This document shows positions 10,487-20,333 of a stretch of DNA of 64,000 nt, one piece after another. Each line of letters starts with the position of its first letter. Within the stretch, counting starts at the first letter, position 1. Location: assembly GCA_001898965.1 (NCBI GenBank), contig MKVW01000009.1:1776818-1840817 (forward strand), given 5' to 3'. The notes beneath the pieces are model-generated. The model saw only the letters and a list, made by a program, of their open reading frames with translations, searched no databases and was not told where the DNA came from. The translations under genes and the position numbers were made by a program. The DNA is from Rhizobiales bacterium 62-17 (lineage in GTDB: Bacteria > Pseudomonadota > Alphaproteobacteria > Rhizobiales > Beijerinckiaceae).

Positions 10487-11764
10487 TTATTTTCCCGCGA
10501 TCGCGCGCCAGCCGATATCATTGCGATGGAAGCCTTGCGGCCAGTCGATCTCGGCGATCGCGGCATAGGCTTTGCGCTGCGCTCCGGCGACATCCTGGCC
10601 GAGAGCCGTCACATTCAGCACGCGCCCGCCATTGGCGAGCAGTTTGTCACCCTCCCGCTTCGTTCCCGCGTGATAGACGGTGACATCCGGAAGGCTGGCA
10701 GCTTTCTCGACGTGGCGGATTTCGCTGCCGCGCTGCGGCGCGTCCGGATAGCCTTGCGCGGCAAAGACGACGGTCAGTGCGGCGCGCGGCGACAGCGCCA
10801 CGGGTTTGTCCCGCAATGTCCCTTTCGCGCAGTCCAGCAGCAGCGGCAGGAGGTCCTCGTCGAGACGCGGCAGGATGACCTGCGTCTCCGGATCGCCGAA
10901 ACGCGCATTGAACTCGATGAGCTTCGGTCCGTTCTTGCCGATCATCAGGCCCGCGAACAACACACCGCGATAGGGCGCGCCCCGCGCTTTCATGCCGGCG
11001 AGCGTCGGCTTGATGAAGGCCTCCATCACTTCAGCGTTCATGGCGTCGGTCATGATCGGCGCGGGTGAATAGGCCCCCATGCCGCCAGTGTTCGGCCCCG
11101 TATCGCGGTCGCCCACGCGCTTGTGATCCTGGGCCGATCCGAAGGCAAGCGCGCGCTCGCCGTCGCACAAGGCAAAGAACGACGCTTCCTCGCCGTCCAA
11201 AAATTCTTCCACGACGACTTCCGCGCCGGCCGCACCGAAAGCGCCACCGAAAATCATGTCGATGGCGGCGAGAGCTTCCTCGATCGTGGTGGCGACGATG
11301 ACGCCCTTGCCAGCGGCCAGGCCATCGGCCTTCACCACGATCGGCGCGCCTTGCGCCTGGATATAGGCTTTGGCCGCGGCCGCATCGGTGAAGCGCTCAT
11401 AGGCGGCGGTGGGAATGTTGAAGTCGCGGCACAGATCCTTGGTGAAGCCCTTCGAGCCCTCCAATTGCGCCGCCGCTTTCGTCGGACCGAAAGCCAGGAT
11501 GCCGGCTTTTGCCAGGTCGTCGACGATGCCGGCGACGAGCGGCGCCTCGGGACCGACGACGACGAAATCGATGTGCATCAGCTTGCAGAAGTCGATCACC
11601 GCACCGTGGTCGGTCACGTCGATCGCCACATTGCGGGCGATGGCCTCCGTGCCAGGATTGCCCGGGGCAACGAAAAGCTGGCTGAGCAACGGTGATTTCG
11701 AAAGGGCGAGGGCGAGGGCGTGTTCGCGGCCGCCCGAGCCGATCAGGAGGATATTCAAGGACAA
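10487..11764 (-). CDS. purD: phosphoribosylamine--glycine ligase
   Basis: 425 aa; [18 protein letters not shown]... ATP-grasp PurD signature. Confidence 0.95.
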   Translation of the reverse strand: MSLNILLIGSGGREHALALALSKSPLLSQLFVAPGNPGTEAIARNVAIDVTDHGAVIDFCKLMHIDFVVVGPEAPLVAGIVDDLAKAGILAFGPTKAAAQLEGSKGFTKDLCRDFNIPTAAYERFTDAAAAKAYIQAQGAPIVVKADGLAAGKGVIVATTIEEALAAIDMIFGGAFGAAGAEVVVEEFLDGEEASFFALCDGERALAFGSAQDHKRVGDRDTGPNTGGMGAYSPAPIMTDAMNAEVMEAFIKPTLAGMKARGAPYRGVLFAGLMIGKNGPKLIEFNARFGDPETQVILPRLDEDLLPLLLDCAKGTLRDKPVALSPRAALTVVFAAQGYPDAPQRGSEIRHVEKAASLPDVTVYHAGTKREGDKLLANGGRVLNVTALGQDVAGAQRKAYAAIAEIDWPQGFHRNDIGWRAIAGK

Positions 11765-11832
11765 CTCCGGGTCACGTTTGGCGCTTCTCTAACGCGTCGC
11801 GCGCCCGGAGGGAAATCCTTGTCAGCCCGAAT

Positions 11833-13074
11833 TCAGGCCTTTTGCGCGGCCGTCTCCTGCGGGGTCGTCGGCATGACGAAGACCAGCAGATTGGCCAGGA
11901 TGATGGTCACCGCTAGGAACCAGAAGGTCGACAGCAGACCGTAGGAATCGGCGATGGCGCCGCAAACCAGCGGGCCGATGGCCGATCCCAGGGCCTGAAC
12001 GCCGAACATGGCGCCGATGGCACTGCCGCCGAGATTCTTCGGCGTGGCATCGAGCAGCCAGGCTTGCAGCACCGGGCGGATGGCGAAGAGGAAGAAGCCG
12101 AGCATGGCGATGAAGCCGACGAACAGCGGCGAACGACCGGCGAAGACCATGAAGGCCAGAACCGCGCCGGTCATGATCATCGAGCTCATGATGACATTGC
12201 GGCGGCCGACCTTGTCCGACATATGGCCGGCGATCGGCGCGGCGATGAAACCGGCGGCCTGCAGCGAGAACATGCTGAGGCCCACCAGCCAGGGCGAATA
12301 GCCCATTTCCTTGGCCAGATAGAGCGGCAGGAAGGCCATGATGCCGTTCTGCGTCATCGAGCGGAAGGCGGAACTGGTCGACAGGAACACCAAGGTGCGA
12401 TTGCGAAACAGCGAGGGCAGGGCTTTCAGCACTTCCTTGGCCGAAAGCTGCGGCGCAACCGGATCTTTCTTCGGCGCGGCGGTCGTCTTGCCCAGATACC
12501 AGAGGATCATGATGGCCATGACCACGCCGGGCAGGATGTTGACGATCATCACGTGCCGCCAGGAGAAGGTCAGATAGGTGACGAGCGCGCCGGCGGCGAT
12601 CGGCGCCAGGGCATCGCCGACATTGCCGCCCATGCCGTGCCAGGCCATGACGAGGCCCTTGCGTTCGGGATAGCGCTGGCCGAGCCAGGGGATGGCCGTG
12701 GGGTGCCAGAGGTTGTTGCCGATGCCGATGAGGGCCGAACAGGTCACCATCACCCAATAGGCGTTCGAAAAGCCCATGATCAGATAGGGCACACCGATCC
12801 AGAACAGCGAGGTCGCCATCAGAAGGCCCTTGCGGCCCACCGAATCGACGAACATGCCGCCGGGCAGATTGGAAATGGCGCCGGCGAGATATTGCGCCGT
12901 CAGGATCATGCCGATCTGGCCGTAGCTGAGCCCCATTTCATTGCCGATGAGCGGCAAAAGAACGTAAAAAGTAGCTGGATACCAATGAGTTAAGGCGTGC
13001 CCGATGGTGATGACCCAAACTTCGCTCATCGAGCGCGCGGCGGGAGCTTCCGAGGGGCTGACGACCGCTGACAT
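11833..13074 (-). CDS. MFS transporter
   Basis: 413 aa; 12 predicted TM helices; MFS motif GxxxDxxGRR-like (DSVGRKG, DKVGRRN). Confidence 0.85.
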   Translation of the reverse strand: MSAVVSPSEAPAARSMSEVWVITIGHALTHWYPATFYVLLPLIGNEMGLSYGQIGMILTAQYLAGAISNLPGGMFVDSVGRKGLLMATSLFWIGVPYLIMGFSNAYWVMVTCSALIGIGNNLWHPTAIPWLGQRYPERKGLVMAWHGMGGNVGDALAPIAAGALVTYLTFSWRHVMIVNILPGVVMAIMILWYLGKTTAAPKKDPVAPQLSAKEVLKALPSLFRNRTLVFLSTSSAFRSMTQNGIMAFLPLYLAKEMGYSPWLVGLSMFSLQAAGFIAAPIAGHMSDKVGRRNVIMSSMIMTGAVLAFMVFAGRSPLFVGFIAMLGFFLFAIRPVLQAWLLDATPKNLGGSAIGAMFGVQALGSAIGPLVCGAIADSYGLLSTFWFLAVTIILANLLVFVMPTTPQETAAQKA

Positions 13075-13261
13075 GAAGCGCTTCCTCCGTATTTTTGCTG
13101 CGACAATTTTGCCGCAAACTCTTCCTTTTGTTTGATCCGGTCAAGCTGACACCCAGCTGATCGCACTGTCTCATTGCTGGCATGCTCTTGCCGCAGACTG
13201 TTAGGACCCTGGTCACCATGTTGGGGGACAGTCATTGCACAGCGTATCTGCGTGAACCGAC

Positions 13262-14674
13262 ATGATTCTCTTTGCTTCTCCCTGGCGTCAGACCCTTTTT
13301 GCGGGCTTTGCATTCGTCTGCCTGACTGACACGCCACAGGCCCAGACGGTTCAAGCGCCCGCCGCGCCGGCGCCCACGACAGCGGTGCCATCAGCCGGCC
13401 CGTCGTCGGGCTTTGCCACCAATCCGCCCTTGGCGCCGACCCTGGGGCCGGCACCTCTGGTCGATCCACGCGCCGCGCCCCAGGCCGGCGCCCCGTCCGC
13501 GGCACCGGCGCCCGTCGCAGCCAAACCGAAGCCGAAGCCCGCGCCGCCGCGCGAAACCGCCTTATCGCGCGATCCGCGTCCATCGCTGCAGCCTGAGACC
13601 TTCTACACCACGGCGAAAGCCGCCGAGCGCTATCGCGTCATCGCGGAAAATGGCGGCTGGCCTAATGTCACGGCGGTTGCGCCGGGCGCGAACGGCCGGG
13701 CTGTGATGCTCTTGCGCCAGCGTCTCGCCATCGAAGGCGATCTGCCGGCGGGGCAGGAGAGCGGCGACCAATGGGACAACGCGCTGACGGCCGCCGTTAA
13801 ATCTTATCAGGCCCGGCTTGGCCTGCGGCAGAGCGGCATCGTCGGGGGCGCGACCTTGAAGGCGTTGAACGTGCCCGCCGCCACGCGCCATCGCCAGCTC
13901 GCCTCGAGTGCCGAGCGGATCGCGGCCTCCACTTTCGCCTTCGGACCGAAATATATCGTCGTCAACATTCCTTCCGCCTCGGTGGAAGCGGTGGAAGATG
14001 ATCGCGTCGTGCGCCGCTATGTGGCGGTGGTCGGTGACGTGAAGAACCCGTCACCGGAAGTTACGACCCGCGTCGTCGCCGTCAATCTCAATCCGACCTG
14101 GACCGTACCGACCTCGATCATCAAGAAGGAAATCATCCCGAAGATGCGCAAGGATCCGGGCTATCTGTCGCGCGCCAAGATCAGGATTCTCGACAGCACC
14201 GGCCAGGAGATCGATCCGGCAACGATCGACTGGAACACCGAGCGCGCGGCGGGGTTCACCCTGCGCCAGGATTCAGGCGCGCACAACGCCTTGGGCGCGA
14301 TCCGCATCAACATGCCCAATGCCCATGCGGTCTACATGCATGACACGCCGACGAAACATTCCTTCGCGCGCGACTATCGCTTTCTCTCGCACGGCTGCGT
14401 GCGGGTCGAAGGGGTGTATGATCTGGCGGCTTGGATTCTCGATGGCAGCAATAGCCGCGTCACCAAGGATATGCTGACCGAGCGCCAGAAGTCCGGCGAG
14501 CGTGTCGATCTGCGCCCGCCTCAGCCCGTGCCCGTCGTTTGGATTTACATGACAGGCTGGGCCAGCGCCGACGGCGTCGTGCATTTCCGCGACGACGTCT
14601 ACGGTCTCGACAAGATGACTTACGCCTCGGCCAACGAGCTTACTCCGCCAGCACCCGCGTCGACGGGAAGGTGA
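13262..14674 (+). CDS. L,D-transpeptidase family protein with peptidoglycan-binding domain
   Basis: Signal peptide, Ala/Pro-rich linker, PG-binding-like repeat (AVKSYQARLGLRQSGIVG), and a YkuD catalytic region with the HGC motif (SHGCVRV). Confidence 0.85.
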   Translation: MILFASPWRQTLFAGFAFVCLTDTPQAQTVQAPAAPAPTTAVPSAGPSSGFATNPPLAPTLGPAPLVDPRAAPQAGAPSAAPAPVAAKPKPKPAPPRETALSRDPRPSLQPETFYTTAKAAERYRVIAENGGWPNVTAVAPGANGRAVMLLRQRLAIEGDLPAGQESGDQWDNALTAAVKSYQARLGLRQSGIVGGATLKALNVPAATRHRQLASSAERIAASTFAFGPKYIVVNIPSASVEAVEDDRVVRRYVAVVGDVKNPSPEVTTRVVAVNLNPTWTVPTSIIKKEIIPKMRKDPGYLSRAKIRILDSTGQEIDPATIDWNTERAAGFTLRQDSGAHNALGAIRINMPNAHAVYMHDTPTKHSFARDYRFLSHGCVRVEGVYDLAAWILDGSNSRVTKDMLTERQKSGERVDLRPPQPVPVVWIYMTGWASADGVVHFRDDVYGLDKMTYASANELTPPAPASTGR

Positions 14675-17600
14675 CTTCCACCAGCGTGCCTTCGCCCGGC
14701 TTGCTCTTGATCGAGAAAGCAGCGCGATTGGCTTCGACGAGCGCTTTGGTGAGCGGCAGGCCAAGGCCCGTGCCGCTCGTCTGACGCGCGGTCTGAATCT
14801 GCCGGAACGGTTCCAGCGCCACTTCTAGGTCTTTCTCGCTCATGCCGATGCCGGTGTCGCGCACGCGCACCACCGCCTGACCACTGTCGGTGAGCGCCGT
14901 CGAGACGATCACCTGGCCGCCCGGCTGATTGAACTTCACCGCATTCGAGAGAATGTTGAGCACGATCTGGCGCAGCGAGCGTTCGTCGGCGACGATATTG
15001 GGCAGATGCGGGGCCAAGGCCAGCCGCATGATCACCCGTTCGCGCACCGATTGCGGCTGCATGATCGACACGCATTCGTTGACGATCTTGTTGGCATCCA
15101 CGGCGCCGAAATTGAGGTCGAGCTTGCCGGCCTCGATTTTCGAGAGGTCGAGCAGATCGTTGACCAGGCTCATCACATGCGTGCCGGAGGCGTGGATGTC
15201 GCGCAGATATTCCTTGTAGCGATCGTTGCCGACGGGGCCGAAGCGCTCGTCGATGATCACCTCGGCGAAGCCCAGAATGGCGTTGAGCGGCGTGCGGATC
15301 TCGTGGCTGATCTTGGCCAGGAAGTCCGACTTCAACGCGCTGGCTTGTTCGGCTTCGCGGCGGGCGTCCTTCAGCTCGCGTTCGGCGTTCTTCCAGTCGC
15401 TCATGTCGCGCATGACGGCGCAAAATTTTTCCGCGGTCTCCGAACCGATACGACCGATAGTCATGAAGATCGGAATCTGTCCGCCCATGCGCGCGCGGCC
15501 GATGACCTCGCGACCATCGTTGAGCACGCTGCGCACGCCATGGCTCTTGAGGCCTTCGAGATAGTCGAGCGCTGCCTTCTGGCTATCCTTGGCGAACAAA
15601 GTGGTGAGCGACTGGCCGGCGATTTCGCCACGCTCATAGCCAAAGAGCGCTTCCGCCGAGCGGTTGATCGAGAGGATGGCACCAGAGCCGTCCAGGATAG
15701 CGACACCGTCGGTCGCCGTATCAAGAATGGCATGCAGTTCGCGGATTTCCGCATCCTGCGCCCGCGCATCGCTTTCCAGCTTGGCGATCTGCTCGCCAGC
15801 CGGTGCGACAGCAGGCTTTGTTTCAGCGGGCTTGGTCTCGACAGGCTCCGGCGTCTCGACCGGACGGAAGGTCATCAGCGTTGCCGGCTGGCCATCCCAT
15901 TCGGTTGTCTGCATGCGGCCGTCTAACTTCACCAGTTCGCCCGAACGGGTCTCGACCTGCAATGGCGTGCCGTCGCTGCCTTGCTCGTTCAGCGCCTGAC
16001 CGTGGATCATGCGCTCGGGCCCGCCCCAGTCGTGGAAGGCATCGATGTCGGCGAAGCCGAGCGTGTCCAGGAGATGGCGATTGATGAAGGCCGGCACGCC
16101 GCCGTGCATCACCAGAATGCCCATGTTGAGCCGGTCGAGGATCGCCGCCGCATTGGCCGGCATCGTGTCTTCGAGTGGCTTCGGCAGTTCTGCGGCCGGA
16201 ACGGCGATCGGTCCGGCAACGCCGAGCGCAGCGGCGATCTCGCGCATCTGTTCGGCGGAAGCCTGCGCCGGCGTAGCCGAGACATCGTCATGGAGCGGCG
16301 CGGATTTTTCGTGCGCGACAATCTCGTGCCGGATCGTCTCAGGTCCGGCCGTGTTCTCAGAGATCGTAGCCGGGACTTCGTGCGAAGCGGCCGGCGCGGC
16401 CTCATCCGAATTCTTCCCGTCGACGTGATCCTGCGATGCCTCGTCGTCCGATGCCGCCGACAAAGAAACAGGCTTCGGCTTTTCGCCGCGCTCGATGTTG
16501 GCGACGATACTGCGCGCGATGTCGCGGAAGGCCTGACGCTCGCTGGCCGACAAGGCAATCAGATTGTCGTTATCGGGTTCAGGCTGTTCTTGTGCAGGCT
16601 TATCTTCCGCAGAATCTTGCGCCTCCGGAGCGTCGGCTTGCGATGTCTCGGCCGTAATCTGCGGTGCTTCGGCGGCAGTCGGTGTTGCCGTCTCGCTAGC
16701 GGCCGGTTCCACGGGCGATGTTTCGGCGGGTGTTTCCAACGGGGCGTTGGTCGCGTCCGTGTTCGCGGCTTGGCGATCACGCCAGTCGCGCAACGGTACG
16801 ACGTTCGGCGCATAGTTCTGATAATCCGGTTCCGGCAGCGGCGGCGCGAACATTCTCTCGCGCGCACCGTCGAGCGCGTCATGCTCGTCGTCGTCGCTCG
16901 ATGAGGGAGCGATCGCCTGATCTTCCGAGGCCAGGGCTTCGGTGGCCTGGCTCTCGCTCGTGTCGCTCTCTGTCTCTTCGGTCTTTGCCTCTTCGGCTTC
17001 TATCTCTTGGCGCTCGGCTTGCGTCTTGACGCTCGGCTGAACGGCCTCAACAGGTGTCGGGCGCGCGACGATCTTGTCGAGGTTGATGACACCGAAACCA
17101 CTGAAGCCATTGAAGGCATGGTCTTCGTCGAACGTCGGCAGGCCGCCCAGCGTGACGGGGGCTGCCTCTTGCGTGCCATTGATCGGCCACAGCACGCGCA
17201 AGCCGCTCCAGGTCTCGTGACGGGCAAAGGCGGCGCGGAGATCGTCCATCCGGTCGACGCCAAAGCGCTCGGCGACGGCAATGAAATCCTGGCCGATGAG
17301 ATCCGCCGTCTGGCAGCCCATGGTTTCGCACAAAGCGCCGGTCAGTTTGACGAAGCGGCGCTCACCATCGGTCTGCCAGAGGAAGCGAACTGGGCTCGTC
17401 GATTGCGGACGGGGCGAAGGCGTTACAGGAGCCGTGGCTGCGATGGGTTCGACAGGAGCCGCTGCTTCAGGGGGCGGGGCCTGGGTTTCCGGCTGTTTCG
17501 GCACCGTGTCGGCGGCGCTTGTGACGATGGGTTCTTCCAGCGCTGCCTGCTCCCGTAGCTCGACGGCAACAGGCGTCGGTGCAGCTGGCTCTACGAGTGC

Positions 17601-18038
17601 TGCGGCCGCAACCTTCGCGTCGTCGCTCTTGATCGGCAGGGCAGTCAGCAGGGTCGCGGGCGCATCGAGGGCGCCGGCGACGAAAAGCGGCGTCGGGCCG
17701 GCCAACCGCCGGCAGGCGAAGGTCACGGTCTGCGTGGCGCGACCGAAGAAAAACCGCAGGCGTTCCAATCGCGTCGCGGTGCCGGGCACCAGGCTGCGGG
17801 AAAGATCGGCGAGACGGCGGCTGCCCGGCTCCTGTCCGGCGAACAGGCGCTTTTCGAGCCCGGCGAGGTCGGCCGCCCGGAAAAGCGCCAGTGCGCTATC
17901 GCTCGCATGGATGATTCGCGACCCGGCGACGATGAAATAGGGGGCGTTGCCGGCCTGCAGGCCAGCCAGCGGCGGCTCGGCCAAAACGCGGGCCAAGGTT
18001 TCCGCATCAATCGGATTTTGCTCGGGTATGAGCGGCAT
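14640..18038 (-). CDS. large cytoplasmic PAS-domain sensor histidine kinase (DivJ/PleC/PdhS-like architecture; no receiver domain)
   Basis: 1132 aa; no TM helices; long Pro/Ala/Glu/Thr-rich low-complexity linkers; PAS (DGVAILDGSGAILSINRSAEALFGY); HisKA H-box ISHEIRTPLNAILGFAEV; HATPase_c G-boxes (DTGIGM, GTGLGL). Confidence 0.85.
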   Translation of the reverse strand: MPLIPEQNPIDAETLARVLAEPPLAGLQAGNAPYFIVAGSRIIHASDSALALFRAADLAGLEKRLFAGQEPGSRRLADLSRSLVPGTATRLERLRFFFGRATQTVTFACRRLAGPTPLFVAGALDAPATLLTALPIKSDDAKVAAAALVEPAAPTPVAVELREQAALEEPIVTSAADTVPKQPETQAPPPEAAAPVEPIAATAPVTPSPRPQSTSPVRFLWQTDGERRFVKLTGALCETMGCQTADLIGQDFIAVAERFGVDRMDDLRAAFARHETWSGLRVLWPINGTQEAAPVTLGGLPTFDEDHAFNGFSGFGVINLDKIVARPTPVEAVQPSVKTQAERQEIEAEEAKTEETESDTSESQATEALASEDQAIAPSSSDDDEHDALDGARERMFAPPLPEPDYQNYAPNVVPLRDWRDRQAANTDATNAPLETPAETSPVEPAASETATPTAAEAPQITAETSQADAPEAQDSAEDKPAQEQPEPDNDNLIALSASERQAFRDIARSIVANIERGEKPKPVSLSAASDDEASQDHVDGKNSDEAAPAASHEVPATISENTAGPETIRHEIVAHEKSAPLHDDVSATPAQASAEQMREIAAALGVAGPIAVPAAELPKPLEDTMPANAAAILDRLNMGILVMHGGVPAFINRHLLDTLGFADIDAFHDWGGPERMIHGQALNEQGSDGTPLQVETRSGELVKLDGRMQTTEWDGQPATLMTFRPVETPEPVETKPAETKPAVAPAGEQIAKLESDARAQDAEIRELHAILDTATDGVAILDGSGAILSINRSAEALFGYERGEIAGQSLTTLFAKDSQKAALDYLEGLKSHGVRSVLNDGREVIGRARMGGQIPIFMTIGRIGSETAEKFCAVMRDMSDWKNAERELKDARREAEQASALKSDFLAKISHEIRTPLNAILGFAEVIIDERFGPVGNDRYKEYLRDIHASGTHVMSLVNDLLDLSKIEAGKLDLNFGAVDANKIVNECVSIMQPQSVRERVIMRLALAPHLPNIVADERSLRQIVLNILSNAVKFNQPGGQVIVSTALTDSGQAVVRVRDTGIGMSEKDLEVALEPFRQIQTARQTSGTGLGLPLTKALVEANRAAFSIKSKPGEGTLVEVTFPSTRVLAE

Positions 18039-18199
18039 GCGCGGTCAAAATCCTTCCGTCGCCGGCTTCCCGAGCATGTTCCATTCTGAACCTTTGCCCC
18101 GGAAGCGCAGTTAAGTGAGCATTAACTTGGGGCATCAGGGGGGTCCATGCAAAGGGGTCCGTCGCCCACTGGAGATTCAAAACAAGCTTAATTTTGATT

Positions 18200-18245
18200 T
18201 TTGCATTGCAAAATATGTGACGGGAATATGTTGCGATGCAGCAAA
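18200..18245. promoter_or_regulatory. two TGC-N3-GCA inverted-repeat boxes (TTGCATTGCAA; TTGCGATGCAGCAA) upstream of phasin, a putative PhaR operator/promoter
   Basis: Sequence at 18202-18210 and 18232-18243 in an AT-richer intergenic region; PhaR repressors of PHB granule genes bind TGC-N3-GCA type repeats. Confidence 0.4.
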
Positions 18246-18336
18246 AATTGTGTTAGCCCAAATTTCGCAGGGGCACGCGTGTAAGATCGCTTGGTGAGAC
18301 GATCTCCGCGACTGCACACATTTTTCGGAGGTTAAA

Positions 18337-18696
18337 GTGGCTAATCCATATGAAATTCCGACTGAGATGAAAGACTTCGCCGAGCGCAGCGTTGCTCAGG
18401 CACGTAAAGCGTTTGAAGGCTTCATGGGTGCTGTTCACAAGACCCATGGTTCGGCCGACAGCGCAGCCGTCAATGCGACGGCGAGCGTCAAGGACGTGAC
18501 CGACAAGGCCATCGGCTATGCCGAGAAGAATGTATCCGCTGCTTTCGATCTGGCCGAGCAGCTGCTGCAAGCCAAGGATCCCAAGGAAGTGCTGACCTTG
18601 CAGGGTGAATATCTCAAGAATCAATTGGCGGCCTTGCAGGAGCAGACCCGCGAATTGGGCGAGACGTTCCAGAAGGCCACTGGGCTGAAGAAATAA
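18337..18696 (+). CDS. phaP: phasin family protein (PHB granule-associated)
   Basis: 119 aa; GTG start with GGAGG RBS; helical phasin_2-like sequence. Confidence 0.85.
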   Translation: MANPYEIPTEMKDFAERSVAQARKAFEGFMGAVHKTHGSADSAAVNATASVKDVTDKAIGYAEKNVSAAFDLAEQLLQAKDPKEVLTLQGEYLKNQLAALQEQTRELGETFQKATGLKK

Positions 18697-18719
18697 CCTC
18701 GAACAAAGGGGACGTTGTC

Positions 18720-19376
18720 ATGGCCGTTTCGCGCAAGCCCGCTAAACCCGCTTCCGTTGCGTCCAAGCCTGTGGGGGCAAAGCCTGTGGAGGTAAAGTCC
18801 ATGGAAGCCAAGCCTGAACCTAAGCCTGAAGCCAAAGTGGAAGTTAAGCCTGCGGCAGTGAAGCCCGTTCCAGAAGCGGTCGCTGCCCCATCGTCCGCTG
18901 CCAAGTCATCCAAGCCTGAGACGCCGCCGGAAGCGGCGTCCGACATCCTGCATGCGGCGTCGGCTCCTGTCGCCAATCTGCAGGAGATGCTGCGCCTCGC
19001 CGCCGAAAGCAGCGTTGAGCGTTCGAAGCTTGCCTACGAGCGCCTGCGCAGCTCCGCCGAAGAAACGACGGAAACCCTCGAGAGCGCCTTCAAGGTGGCT
19101 TCCGATGGCCAGACCGCGATCAACAACAAGGCGATCGATCTGCTGCGTCTCAATGCCAATTCCTTCTTCGATCTGGCCAAGTCGCTCACCGAAGCGAAAA
19201 GCCTGTCGGAAGTCGTGGTGCTGCAGACCCAGTTCGCCCGCACGCAGTTCGAAACCCTGAGTGCGCAGGCCAAGGAAATGTCCGGCCTGGTGCAAAAGGT
19301 CGCGACGGACACCGCCGCGCCGCTCAATGCCGCCGCCGTGCGGACCTTCGGTTCCAAGCCCGATCTCGCGGCCTGA
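18720..19376 (+). CDS. phasin family protein with N-terminal KP(E/A)-repeat extension
   Basis: 218 aa; residues 5-60 are K/P/A/E/V repeats, followed by a phasin domain homologous to the upstream gene. Confidence 0.8.
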   Translation: MAVSRKPAKPASVASKPVGAKPVEVKSMEAKPEPKPEAKVEVKPAAVKPVPEAVAAPSSAAKSSKPETPPEAASDILHAASAPVANLQEMLRLAAESSVERSKLAYERLRSSAEETTETLESAFKVASDGQTAINNKAIDLLRLNANSFFDLAKSLTEAKSLSEVVVLQTQFARTQFETLSAQAKEMSGLVQKVATDTAAPLNAAAVRTFGSKPDLAA

Positions 19377-19405
19377 AGGCAGCGATTTCGGTCGTTAAGG
19401 TTGCA

Positions 19406-19435
19406 ACGGGCCACCCAGAGTGGCCCGTTTGCTTG
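19406..19435 (+). terminator. putative intrinsic terminator after the phasin operon
   Basis: 9-bp GC-rich stem ACGGGCCAC/GTGGCCCGT with 5-nt loop, followed by TTTGCTTG. Confidence 0.5.
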
Positions 19436-19639
19436 TGAAGCCCTGGAAAGGGGCGGGATCATTTGTGCGCGGGTGCACTTTGCGTGCTTTCTGTGGCTTG
19501 CAATCCCGGCGGGCCGAGTCTAGGTTCCGCGCGCTTTAGAGCGTTTCAGAGTTCGGCTGGACCGAACCCCATGACGACGCGTCAAAGTAAGAGAATCCAA
19601 GCAGAATCACGTTTCTATTGAAGCGCGATTTTTTCCAGG

Positions 19640-19716
19640 GCCACCATAGCTCAGTTGGTTAGAGCGCCGGATTGTGGATCCGGAGGTCCCCCGTTCAAGC
19701 CGGGGTGGTGGTACCA
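19640..19716 (+). tRNA. tRNA-His (anticodon GTG), alphaproteobacterial type (G1·U72, A73, CCA encoded)
   Basis: Manual fold: acceptor GCCACCA/TGGTGGT, D-arm GCTC..GAGC, anticodon stem CCGGA/TCCGG with loop TTGTGGA, T-arm CCCCG-TTCAAGC-CGGGG, then A, then CCA. Confidence 0.85.
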
Positions 19717-19897
19717 TTCAAATGCCCCGGCGACAGCCTTTCGAACGCCCTCGGCGGCCCTGAAGTCCAGCTTCCGAAAAAATTGCTGTCACATTGACTC
19801 CGCAAGCGGATTTGATCTTGCCGTTGTGTCGCGGTGTGAGATGATTCTCGTCCAGTGATTCGCGCGTAAAATCAGCAGCGATTCGGGGAAATCATCC

Positions 19898-20293
19898 ATG
19901 CAGTCGGCCGAAGTCGGTCATGCCAGCCGCGACCTCCTCGAGTGGGGCGCGCCCCTTATTATCGATCGGATCAACGAGCATTATTTCACGCTGCTCCGGG
20001 CGCATCCGGATGTAGCGCGCCCGTTGGCGCAATATCACTACCGCATGTGGAAATTCCTGCTCGACGGCCATGCCGACGAGGCGGCGAGCCTGCGCCGTGA
20101 GCTTGTCAATCTCGCCCGCCTGGCCGGCTGCGCCGAAAGTGACCTCGACGACGTCGATCGCCTGGTCCTCGTCGAATTGATGCAGGTGGTCATGGCGCGC
20201 TTCAACCGTTCACCCACGGTCGCTTGCGATTACAGCCTGACCCTGGTCGACGCCGCCTCCGGCCTCGCCCATGCGCGCCTCGTCGCCGCCTGA
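19898..20293 (+). CDS. hypothetical protein (helical, no recognisable motif)
   Basis: 131-aa ORF with GC3 skew consistent with coding; lies between tRNA-His and the helicase gene. Confidence 0.55.
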   Translation: MQSAEVGHASRDLLEWGAPLIIDRINEHYFTLLRAHPDVARPLAQYHYRMWKFLLDGHADEAASLRRELVNLARLAGCAESDLDDVDRLVLVELMQVVMARFNRSPTVACDYSLTLVDAASGLAHARLVAA

Positions 20294-20333
20294 TTCCTAG
20301 CTTTCCCTTCCCGCCGCTCGCCCTGCTATACCC

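Noticed and set aside
14620-16904. ORFs 14620..15423(-), 15006..15926(+) and 15981..16904(+) inside the big histidine kinase gene
   Set aside because: These are alternative frames or the antisense strand of a gene with unambiguous HisKA/HATPase motifs. No independent signals were found.
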